Of a stretch of DNA of 64,000 nt, positions 31,375 to 40,205 are shown one piece after another. Position numbers and translations under genes: made by a program. This DNA is from an uncultured Verrucomicrobiae bacterium. GTDB lineage: Bacteria; Verrucomicrobiota; Verrucomicrobiia; Limisphaerales; Palsa-1400. The notes under the pieces were generated by a model. It saw only the letters and a program-made list of their open reading frames with translations. It searched no databases and had not been told where the DNA came from. Location: assembly GCA_963702845.1 (NCBI GenBank), contig OY969763.1, positions 3,584,001-3,648,000 of the forward strand. The letters run 5' to 3'. How positions within the stretch are numbered: position 1 is the first letter of the stretch; every line of letters begins with the position of its first letter.

Positions 31375-32755
31375 GCAGCCCATACCGGAAGTCATAGAAA
31401 TCGTCCCACTCAGGGAACCATTGCGTGCAGCGATTACGGTCCCTGGCTCAAAGAGCATCACCAATCGCGCGCTGATCCTGGCCGCGCTCTCACCTTCGAT
31501 CACCCGTTTGAAAGGCGCGCTTTGGAGCGACGATACTCAGGTGATGGTCGACGCCCTGCGGAAACTTGGATTTCCCATTCAGGTTGCTACTGATCCGGGC
31601 GAGCCGTCCAATCGGACTATCACTGTTCAGGGTGGCAGCGGAACAATCCCTGACGCCGGAACCGTTGGTTTGCCGCTCGAACTATATGTCGGCAACGCCG
31701 GCACTGCGGCTCGATTCCTGTCCGCTTTAGTTTGTCTCGGTCATGGAGTTTACATGTTGCGCGGCACTCCGCGAATGCACGAGCGCCCGCAAGCCGCTCT
31801 CTTCAACGCGCTGCGGCAACTTGGATATAAAATCGAGTCGCCCAACAACAAACTTCCCGCAATCATTCACGCCACCGGCCCGCGTCAGGGCTCTTGCCAA
31901 ATCGATCTTCACGAAAGCTCCCAATTTGCCTCTGCCCTGATGCTCTGCGCAAAGGCGGGTGATTGGAACGTTCAGGTTATCGGAGAGGATGCCGAAGAGG
32001 CACCTTACGTCGCGATGACCCAGAAGCTGATCGACGCCTTCGCAAAAAACAACGGCGAGTTTGCAATTGAGCCAGACACTTCCAGCGCCAGCTACTTTGT
32101 CGCGGCCAATTGGTTGGTGCGTTTGATCGCGCGCGAAAGTTTGGACCGCGAAGAATACAATTCCGAGAATTACCGGCACAAGCAGCGGGGCTATACGGAA
32201 CTTTACAACCAACTGACGCTCGTCCATGTCACCGGTTTTCCAAAATCGGATTGGCAAATCGACACCGCGTTCGAGCATTTCATCCCGCTGCCAAAACAAA
32301 TCTCGCGCCACACGGAGCTTGGTGACAGCATCATGACCGCCATGGTGCTCGCGCCCTTCGCAAATCAACCGACCACGTTCACAGACCTGCAAAATCTGCG
32401 TCTGCAGGAATGTGATCGCGTCAGCGCCATGCAGACGGAACTGACCAAATGCGGCGTGCGGGTGGAGGTTTCCGGTGACGACTTGACCGTTTTTCCATCG
32501 TCAAAGACATTGCACGGTGCTGAAATCGAGACCTATGATGACCATCGGATGGCAATGTGTTTTGCAATCTTCGGGTTGCGTGTTCCGGGGATTAGGTTAA
32601 TAAATCCTTCGTGCGTGAAGAAAACATTTCCCAACTTCTTCCAGAAACTCGCGACCCCGGCGCCGGCAGGCCTTGGCGTGCAGATTCTGGACGCGGAAAC
32701 GCAATTGGTTTTGTCGCCACAGGAGTTGGCAGTCAACCTGGAACAATCAACCTGA
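31370..32755 (+). CDS. aroA: EPSP synthase
   Basis: PGSKSITNR, GNAGTAARF, SSQFASAL, LRLQECDR, DDHRMAM, CVKKTFPNFF. Confidence 0.93.
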   Translation: MLQPIPEVIEIVPLREPLRAAITVPGSKSITNRALILAALSPSITRLKGALWSDDTQVMVDALRKLGFPIQVATDPGEPSNRTITVQGGSGTIPDAGTVGLPLELYVGNAGTAARFLSALVCLGHGVYMLRGTPRMHERPQAALFNALRQLGYKIESPNNKLPAIIHATGPRQGSCQIDLHESSQFASALMLCAKAGDWNVQVIGEDAEEAPYVAMTQKLIDAFAKNNGEFAIEPDTSSASYFVAANWLVRLIARESLDREEYNSENYRHKQRGYTELYNQLTLVHVTGFPKSDWQIDTAFEHFIPLPKQISRHTELGDSIMTAMVLAPFANQPTTFTDLQNLRLQECDRVSAMQTELTKCGVRVEVSGDDLTVFPSSKTLHGAEIETYDDHRMAMCFAIFGLRVPGIRLINPSCVKKTFPNFFQKLATPAPAGLGVQILDAETQLVLSPQELAVNLEQST

Positions 32756-32761
32756 CCGCCC

Positions 32762-33439
32762 GTGAACCAGCCCATCGTCATCGCGATCGACGGCACGAGT
32801 GCCAGTGGCAAAAGCACCAACGCGCGGATTATTGCGCGCGAACTCGGCTACATCCATGTCGATACCGGCGCGATGTATCGCACCCTCGCCTGGTATTGCT
32901 TGCAGAAGAAAGTGGACGTCGACGATGTCAAAGCTGTGTCCGCCTTTGCCGCAGTTGGAAGACCAGCCTGGAATGCGTCGACAATGAAATTTCCATTCTC
33001 GTCGAAGGTTACCATCCAGCCAAAGAGATTCGCACTGCTCAAGTCACCGAAGCGGTCAGTCCACATCGCCGCATACCCAAAAGTGCGCGATTGGATGAAA
33101 GCGAAGCAGCGCGAATGCGCGAAGTTCGGCAATCTCGTCATGGAAGGCCGCGACATCGGCACGAATGTCTTTCCAGAATCGGAATATAAATTTTACCTGG
33201 ATGCTTGCTTGAAGGAGCGCTCCAAGCGCCGCGCTGCCGACGGTGTGCAGGAAAACCTCGCTGCTCGCGATCAACGCGATAGCCAGCGCGCCAGCGCTCC
33301 GTTGATGGTCGCGCTAGGGGCGATGATCGTGAACACGTCTGAGATGACAGCTCAGCAATCCAGCGAAAAGATTCTGGCCGAAATCCGAAAGCGGCTCGCC
33401 GCCAATCAACAGGAGCGACTGGCCAGAGCACAGACGTGA
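32762..33439 (+). CDS. cmk: Cytidylate kinase (compensating internal frameshifts about 32940-33055)
   Basis: IAIDGTSASGKST, DTGAMYR, VMEGRDIGT, RDQRDSQR. Confidence 0.9.
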   Translation: MNQPIVIAIDGTSASGKSTNARIIARELGYIHVDTGAMYRTLAWYCLQKKVDVDDVKAVSAFAAVGRPAWNASTMKFPFSSKVTIQPKRFALLKSPKRSVHIAAYPKVRDWMKAKQRECAKFGNLVMEGRDIGTNVFPESEYKFYLDACLKERSKRRAADGVQENLAARDQRDSQRASAPLMVALGAMIVNTSEMTAQQSSEKILAEIRKRLAANQQERLARAQT

Positions 33440-34074
33440 ACTTTTCCTATCGGCTCGGCTGGCACTTTTTTCGCGCGCTGTTCAAACTGTATTTCCGCTG
33501 GCGCGTCTACAATCCCGAACGCGTTCCGCTCGAAGGCCCGGTAATCCTTGCTGCCAATCACGCCAGTTTCATTGATCCGCCTCTCGTCGGAGCAGGACTG
33601 CCGCGCCTGGTCAATTATCTCGCTCGCGAATCGCTCTTTCACGTGCCTGTTCTCGCGGCCATTTTGCGTTCGTGGAAAGTCGTTCCGGTCGATCGCGACG
33701 CCGGGACCGGCCGCGGATTGAAAACCATCCTGCAGCGCCTTGCCCAGGGCGGCGCCATCATTCTGTTTCCAGAAGGCACACGATCGAAGGATGGCAATCT
33801 GCAACCGGCTCGTTCCGGCATCGGCTTAACGGTCATCAAGTCCAAAGCTCCGGTCGTGCCCGTGCGCGTATTCGGAACGTTCGAAGCTTATGGCCGGAAT
33901 AACAGATTCCCCCGCCCTCATCAATTGCAGGTGAAATACGGCAAGCCGTTGCTCTTCGAAAAAGAACGCGCCGAGGCGGAGAATTGCACCAAGGATCGCC
34001 TCAAACAAATCTACCAGGAAATCGCCAACACAATCATGCGCGAGATTTCCACGCTTGAGCCACGCACCGATTAA
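33436..34074 (+). CDS. plsC: 1-acyl-sn-glycerol-3-phosphate acyltransferase
   Basis: NHASFIDPP (HX4D), FPEGTRS. Confidence 0.88.
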   Translation: MNFSYRLGWHFFRALFKLYFRWRVYNPERVPLEGPVILAANHASFIDPPLVGAGLPRLVNYLARESLFHVPVLAAILRSWKVVPVDRDAGTGRGLKTILQRLAQGGAIILFPEGTRSKDGNLQPARSGIGLTVIKSKAPVVPVRVFGTFEAYGRNNRFPRPHQLQVKYGKPLLFEKERAEAENCTKDRLKQIYQEIANTIMREISTLEPRTD

Positions 34075-35318
34075 AGCGCCGCTGCAACTGCCGATGGCGG
34101 CACGGCTTTTTCTTCGCGTGTGCCGAGATTTTTCACTTTCGCAATGAGCGCGCCCTGCTCATCCGCTTCGATCTTCACCGTATACCGCGCTTTCAACTCC
34201 ATCGCCCGTTTGAATTGCTTGTCGGACTTCGCAGGCGTGAATGAGTATTCGACCGCATGGCCGCCATCGCGCAATTTCTGCACCAAATCGAGCGATGTGT
34301 TCCGCAACGCTTCGTCCTCAATCATGACAAAAACGGCGATTTTGGAATCGAACTGCGGGAGCAAGCCACGCTCCTTCAGCAATTCCAGCAGCACGACGTC
34401 GCCCATTCCAAAGCCGAGCGCCGGCGAATCCACTTTGCCGCCGCTGATGAGCTTCACGAGATTGTCATAACGACCACCACCAGCGATGGCGCGAAACTCG
34501 CCTTTCCGATCGAACGCTTCGAATACGACACCGGTGTAATACGCGAGACCGCGAATGACGTGGTAGTCGATTTTCACGTAGTCACCCAGACCACGCGCCT
34601 GCAAGTTTTTGACGATCACGTCCAGCTCCGGCGTCGGCTCACCGCTCTTGATGAAGTCGTTCACTTCTTGCAACGAGATACCGACGGCAGCCAGCTTTTT
34701 TTCGCTTTCTTCGGGCACATCGCGCTCGAGCTTGTCGATGGCTTGATAAAACGCGTAGGCCTGCTCCGGCTTGCCATTGCGTTTCTGAAAAAAATCCTGC
34801 CACGCATTGCGGCTGCTGAGGCGAATGACGAAATCGTCCGCCTTCAACCCGAAACCTCGCAACGAATCAATCAACAAGGCCAGCAATTCCGCGTCCGATG
34901 AGCTGTCGCTTTCGCCGAGAATGTCGGCGTTAAATTGAAAGTGTTCGCGCAGACGGCCCTTCTGTTGCCTCTCGTAACGGAAGAGTTGTGGAACCGCGAA
35001 CCACTTCACCGGCTTTTTGTAATTGCGCTCGTGCGCTGCAAACATGCGGGCCAAGGTCGGCGTCATCTCCGGCCGCAACGAAACGGCGCGTTCGCCTTTG
35101 TCCGTAAAATTGTAAAGCTGACCAACGATTTCCTCGCCGCTCTTGAGCGTGTAAAGTTCCAACGGCTCAATCGGCGGACCATCGTATTCGCGAAACCCGT
35201 AGCGACGGGCGACATTGCGCCAGGTGTCGAAGATGTATTGGCGCGCGTCGGCGCTCCAGACGTCCTTGTGGGGCAAGGGTTCCGGATAGAAATCGCGAAA
35301 GCCGGGCAGTCGTTCCAT
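34071..35318 (-). CDS. hisS: Histidyl-tRNA synthetase
   Basis: LRPEMTP, FRYERQQKGRLREHFQ, RGLAYYTG, GGGRYDNL, GFGMG. Confidence 0.96.
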   Translation of the reverse strand: MERLPGFRDFYPEPLPHKDVWSADARQYIFDTWRNVARRYGFREYDGPPIEPLELYTLKSGEEIVGQLYNFTDKGERAVSLRPEMTPTLARMFAAHERNYKKPVKWFAVPQLFRYERQQKGRLREHFQFNADILGESDSSSDAELLALLIDSLRGFGLKADDFVIRLSSRNAWQDFFQKRNGKPEQAYAFYQAIDKLERDVPEESEKKLAAVGISLQEVNDFIKSGEPTPELDVIVKNLQARGLGDYVKIDYHVIRGLAYYTGVVFEAFDRKGEFRAIAGGGRYDNLVKLISGGKVDSPALGFGMGDVVLLELLKERGLLPQFDSKIAVFVMIEDEALRNTSLDLVQKLRDGGHAVEYSFTPAKSDKQFKRAMELKARYTVKIEADEQGALIAKVKNLGTREEKAVPPSAVAAAL

Positions 35319-35427
35319 ATCAGACGTTCCAAAAAGCCAGAAAACCTGTGTTTTGAGAATACAAATCGTCAGCGAACCTGATTTCTCGCGAAGGACGCAA
35401 GGGGTTCTCGATAAAATTCAAAAATGT

Positions 35428-35660
35428 TTCCCATTCCTTCCCTTTCTTTCCCATTCCTTCTCTTTGGAGAAACATGGAGAAACATCCGAGAAGAGTTGGA
35501 GAAACTTCGGAGAAACTCTTTAGCGATAAAGTTGCCCCAATGTTTCTCCGTTGCGGCTTCTTGCGAAAGCCTGCGAAAAATAAAAATTATTTTTTTTGGC
35601 GTTATGAGCCGTTATAAAGCGTTATGAACCGTTATGACCCGCTTTGAGGCGTTACAGGCG
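35428..35660. repeat. Four distinct arrays of 10-11 bp tandem direct repeats
   Basis: ttcccattcc x3.5 (35428-35465); ggagaaacat x5 (35466-35518); ttgcgaaagc-like x3 (35551-35580); gttatgaacc-like x6 (35601-35660). Confidence 0.85.
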
Positions 35661-35807
35661 TAACGGATGATGTCGTAGCAACTTTGTATGCGTCCAAATT
35701 CGTCGGCAGGTAACAAAAAAGTTGCGCTGCCCGGTTTCCATACACTGCTTCCGTGTCGGCTCGGGTCTGCAAAACACCCCTGGCGTCGTGTCGATCCCTG
35801 GTTCCCG

Positions 35808-35819
35808 TGTCAAAGAGCA
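35808..35819 (-). promoter_or_regulatory. boxA-like Nus antitermination site
   Basis: Minus strand TGCTCTTTGACA, one mismatch to E. coli rrn boxA TGCTCTTTAACA, preceded by short hairpins. Confidence 0.6.
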
Positions 35820-35878
35820 CCAAGCAAAGCTTGGAACCACCTTGTTAAGGTGGATGCTGCCATTTTAGCAGCGGCTGT

Positions 35879-35907
35879 ATATTATAATGAAGTAGCGGCT
35901 TAGTCAA
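35879..35907 (-). promoter_or_regulatory. Near-consensus sigma70 promoter
   Basis: TTGACT (35907-35902), 17 bp, TAATAT (35884-35879), overlapping a TATAAT at 15 bp spacing. Confidence 0.62.
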
Positions 35908-36404
35908 ATCGTTTTGCGTTCTTTGAGCAATGCTTCGAGATCGAGGGGATGGGTGAACATCTGGAGGTTGCCTTGTGCGTCGCGGGGCCATTCAGCCTGT
36001 GGACGGTCCCAGTAGAGTTCGACGCCGTTGTTGTCGGGGTCGCGGAGATAGAGGGCTTGGCTGACGCCGTGGTCGGAGGCGCCTTGGAGTTGGATTCCGG
36101 CAGCGATGAGCCTGCTCAAGGCGTCGGCGAGTTCGGCGCGCGTCGGATAGAGAATAGCCACATGATAAAGGCCGGTCGTGCCGTCGGCGGGTGGCCGGCC
36201 GTCTTTGCTCTCCCAGGTGTTGAGGCCGATGTGATGATGGTAGCCGCCGGCGGAGAGGAATGCGGCTTGTGTGCCGTAACGTTGGGTGAGTTGGAATCCA
36301 AGGATATCGCGATAGAAAGCGAGGGCGCGATCGAGGTCGGCGACCTTCAAATGAACGTGGCCGATTCGGACGTCGGGATGGATCGTTTTTGCGGTCGTTT
36401 GCAT
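35904..36404 (-). CDS. VOC/glyoxalase family protein (CatE-like)
   Basis: IGHVHLKVADL, GGYHHHIGLNTW, GLYHVAI, DHGVSQALYLRDPDNNGVELY. Confidence 0.9.
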   Translation of the reverse strand: MQTTAKTIHPDVRIGHVHLKVADLDRALAFYRDILGFQLTQRYGTQAAFLSAGGYHHHIGLNTWESKDGRPPADGTTGLYHVAILYPTRAELADALSRLIAAGIQLQGASDHGVSQALYLRDPDNNGVELYWDRPQAEWPRDAQGNLQMFTHPLDLEALLKERKTI

Positions 36405-36458
36405 GACAGGTGCAAGTTGGTGTCAACGGTGGGCTGGGTCAAATGAGGCGTGGTGGAG

Positions 36459-36688
36459 GTCGAAAGTCGAAAGTCGAGGGTCGAGGGCTAAGGACGGAAC
36501 GAACTGAAGGCGCGGAGGTTTCACAGAAGGGAACGAAGTGGGACCGCGAAATGCGCTAAATGCGCTAAATGCGCGAATGGATTCAGTTGGATGAGAGTAG
36601 AACTAACCGCTGAACCGCTGAAAGGGATGGCCGCGAAAAGGCACAGAAGGCGCACAAGGGATTATTTGGAAATCAGGAACTCAGGAAA
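36459..36688 (+). repeat. String of different 7-9 bp-period short tandem repeats
   Basis: gtcgaaa/gtcgagg x4; gcgctaaat x3-4; aaccgctg x2; gcacagaag-like; tcaggaac x2-3. Confidence 0.7.
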
Positions 36689-36822
36689 TGGTTGTGGTCG
36701 ATAGTCGAAGCCAAAGTCACTGCATTGGATGTTCAGTGTGTGTGTTTTACAGCAACAAAAATCCTTTCACTTTCCCACCCCGTCGCGTAAGACATTCCAG
36801 GACTCCGGCGAATCAACCAAAC

Positions 36823-37065
36823 GTGAACAACGACTCTAATTCCAAATCCAAAAAGATTTCCGACGGTTCAGCCTTTGAATTGGAAGCACAGCTTTGGGCC
36901 GCAGCCGAGAAAATCCGCGATTTCATTCTCGCCAACTTGCCATTCAACATGAGCGATTGGGGCGACGAAAATCTCCGTCAGGAAATGCGCTGGAAGTTCG
37001 GGATGCTGTCCCGCCTTTCCGCGCTGCTGTCGGACGAGTTGCGCGTAAAGGAGGCTTATGCCTGA
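36823..37065 (+). pseudogene. Collapsed type I R-M remnant (hsdM start, hsdM motif IV, hsdS end)
   Basis: [13 protein letters not shown] (HsdM N-terminus), [28 protein letters not shown] (NPPF motif degenerate to NLPF), LLSDELRV (HsdS C-terminal LLSGELRV-like). Confidence 0.75.
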
Positions 37066-38047
37066 AGCACAAAAACGACATCGCCGAATGTTTTCGGTAA
37101 GTCACGAACTCGTCGAAAAATCGCGAGAGGCGGCCTTGGCGGCTGTTCAGATCTTCAACAATCCTCAAGTCACTTTCAAATCAGAGATATTCATCGTTTT
37201 GATGAACATCGCGTGGACATATCTTTTACATGGCTACTACCGAAAAAAAGGGATTGAGTATCGCTACTTTGAATTGAAAGGCAAAATCCGCCGATTCGAT
37301 CATACCAAGGCTGGTGCTTACAAATATTGGGAGCTAGAACGCTGCTTGAACGAGAAAAACAGCCCTGTAGATAAAGATACGTCGAACAACCTTGGATTTC
37401 TAATTGGGATACGGCACGAAATTGAGCATCAAATGACAACTCGAATTGATGCCTCGCTAAGCGCGAAATTCCAAGCCTGTTGCCTAAACTACAACGATTA
37501 CGTCAAAAAGCTTTTTGGTAACGAGTTGGGCATTGATAAGCATCTTGCGTTCAGCCTGCAGTTCTCTTCCATTTCTCGTGAACAAGCGGACACGTTAGGA
37601 GCCGCATCGAACCTCCCCAGCCATATCAAAAGCTTTGTCGATGGTTTTGAAGGCAAACTTTCGGATGAAGAGTTTAACAGCCCCAAGTTTGCCTATCGCG
37701 TGCTGTTTGTGGCAAAAACCGCAAATCGTAAGGGACAAGCCGATCAGGTGGTCGAATTTGTGAAGTCTGATAGCGAACTGGCAAAGCAAGTTAACGCGAC
37801 ATATGTCATCACAAAAGAGACAGAGCGACAGAAATATCGGCCGGGAAAAATTGTCGCCATAATGCAGAAAGATGGTTTCAAGGCTTTCAATATGCACGAA
37901 CACACGGAATTCTGGAAAGCCGAAGATGCAAAAATGGATGGGAAAGGTTTCGGTGTGTTAGTCGAAGATTGCTGGTATTGGTACGAACCTTGGCTCGAAA
38001 AAGTGCGAGAGCATTGCAAAGCAAATGAAGCCCATTACAAACAATAA
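37058..38047 (+). CDS. DUF3644 family protein (HEPN-type RX4H motif)
   Basis: [19 protein letters not shown]...[20 protein letters not shown] motif at 37412-37429; RBS aaggagg 37048-37054; visibly AT-richer. Confidence 0.8.
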   Translation: MPEAQKRHRRMFSVSHELVEKSREAALAAVQIFNNPQVTFKSEIFIVLMNIAWTYLLHGYYRKKGIEYRYFELKGKIRRFDHTKAGAYKYWELERCLNEKNSPVDKDTSNNLGFLIGIRHEIEHQMTTRIDASLSAKFQACCLNYNDYVKKLFGNELGIDKHLAFSLQFSSISREQADTLGAASNLPSHIKSFVDGFEGKLSDEEFNSPKFAYRVLFVAKTANRKGQADQVVEFVKSDSELAKQVNATYVITKETERQKYRPGKIVAIMQKDGFKAFNMHEHTEFWKAEDAKMDGKGFGVLVEDCWYWYEPWLEKVREHCKANEAHYKQ

Positions 38048-38109
38048 TTCCAGCAGGCTAGCGCTGCCCTCGAGCGAGTTGCGCGCGCCCAAACTTCAGA
38101 ACTGAGTCC

Positions 38110-40205
38110 ATGCCGTACAATCCTACACGTGCTCTCCAACTCCTGCGCCTCGGCACGCAGAATCCCGCTGCCGCCTTCCATGACAGGCAGGAAGCAGCCA
38201 TAGAACATGTGGTGGACGGCCGCGGGCGTTTATTGGTTGTACAAAAGACTGGCTGGGGCAAAAGCTCGGTATATTTCATTGCGACCAAGCTGCTGCGTGA
38301 AGACGGGCTTGGACCGGCCATATTGATTTCGCCACTGCTGGCTTTGATGCGGAATCAAATTGCAGCGGCAGAACGGATGGGTGTTCGTGCTGTGACCATC
38401 CACTCCGGAAATCGTGACGAGTGGAATACATTGAGACGGCCATAGCTCGAAACGAAGTAGATATCCTCCTCATCCACCCGAAGCGTCTGATGAACGAACA
38501 GTTCAACACTCAGGTGCTGGCTCGAATCGCTGGAACCGTTTCGATGTTGGTCATAGATGAAGCTCATTGCATTTCGGATTGGGGCCATGATTTTGTTCCC
38601 GAGTATCGCCTCATTGAGCGACGGATTCGGCTGCTACCGCAGAATCTGCGCGTGCTGGCAACCACTGCGACCGCAAACAACCGAGTGATGGAGGACTTGG
38701 AAACGGTGCTCGGGCCGAATCTGGCAGTGTTGCGTGGGGATCTGAGCCGTTCTACTTTGCTGTTGCAAACCATGCGAATGCCAAGTCAGGCAGAGCGGCT
38801 GGCGTGGCTTGCAACCCACCTCCCGAACATCCCAGGCAGCGGCATCATCTACGCGCTGACGCAACGTGACGCCGAGTGCGTAGCTGCGTGGCTGAAATTG
38901 CGCGGACTGGCTGTAGAGGCATACCACAGCGGTCTCGCACCAGAACACACTAATGCCTTGGAAGACGGACTCCTCGCGAATGAGGTAAAAGCATTGGTTG
39001 CCACCACCAAGCTTGGCATGGGCTTCGACAAACCAGACCTTGCCTTCGTGATTCACTACCAGACGCCCGGTTCGGTCGTTGCTTACTACCAACAGGTGGG
39101 CCGTGCCGGACGAAATCTTCCTGCCGCACTTCCTGGAGCGCACGCAGTATTACTGAGCGGCAGAGAAGAGACCGATATCACAAATTATTTCATCGGGAGT
39201 GCCTTTCCCACAAGGGACGAAGTGGCGGCTGTGTTGGCCGCACTCGCTACGGAAGCGGAAGGTCTTTCAATAAACGGATTGATGGAGCGGGTGAATGTTA
39301 GCTACGGAAGAATCGAGAAAGCGCTGTTGCTCATGTCGCTGGAATCGCCTGCGCCGATTGCCAAGCAGGATAGCAAATGGACGTTAACAGCATCGAATCT
39401 GAGCGAGGAATTCTGGCAACGTGCCGAACGATTGACTGCACTACGCCGAACCGAACAGTCACAGATGCAGGAATATGTTCAGATTCAGAACGGCCACATG
39501 GAGTTTCTGATACGTGCGCTTGATGGTGATCCCAGTCTGTATCATCCCCCCAATCTCGCGCCGCTATCAGCGACCGTAAGCGCAATTATCGCAAGAGATG
39601 CTGTGGCATTCCTACGGCGAACAAGTCTTCCCCTGGAACCTCGCAAAAAATGGCCGCCGGGAGGTCTCGCGAGTATCGGCGTGCGTGGTAATACAAACAT
39701 AGCGCCGGAGCAGAATCTACGGTCAGGAAAAATTCTGTGCATGTGGGGAGACGCCGGTTGGGGCGAGTTGGTTCGCTTAGGGAAGTATCACGATGGCCAT
39801 TTCTCAGACGATCTGGTGACCGCCTGTGCGACTCTGGTTCGGGAATGGTCACCCGTCCCTGCACCGCAATGGGTGACGAGCATTCCTTCTCTTCGCCATC
39901 CAAACCTCGTGCCAGACTTCGCGCGACGCCTCGCCGCCGCCTTGAATTTGCCATTCCAGCCCGTGCTGCAAAAGTCAGACATGCGCCCGCCGCAAAAAGA
40001 GATGGCGAACAGCAGCCAGCAGGCACGGAACGTGGACGGCTCTCTACGGATTCAGGGCAATGTGCCGACGGGTCCTGTGCTGCTAGTGGATGATATGGTA
40101 GATTCAAAGTGGACTTTGACGGTTGCCGCTTATCTTTTAACCTCAAACGGCAGCGGGCCGGTGTATCCTTTGGCACTGGCTTCAACTGCAAACTCTGACG
40201 AATGA
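38110..40205 (+). CDS. recQ: RecQ-family helicase with C-terminal phosphoribosyltransferase (ComF-like) domain (frameshift near 38425)
   Basis: QKTGWGKS, ISPLLALMRNQ, DEAHCISDWGHDF, TATA, LGMGFDKPD, YYQQVGRAGR; C-terminal VLLVDDMVDSKWTL. Confidence 0.88.

Noticed and set aside
35428..35660. Repeat arrays (here and 56135-56303) as CRISPR arrays
   Set aside because: Units are 10-11 bp and directly adjacent with no spacers; no cas genes in the window.
35700..35820. boxA region as an rRNA operon leader, or ggaagcag as SRP RNA
   Set aside because: No 16S/23S/tRNA sequence follows, and the SRP domain IV context is not present.
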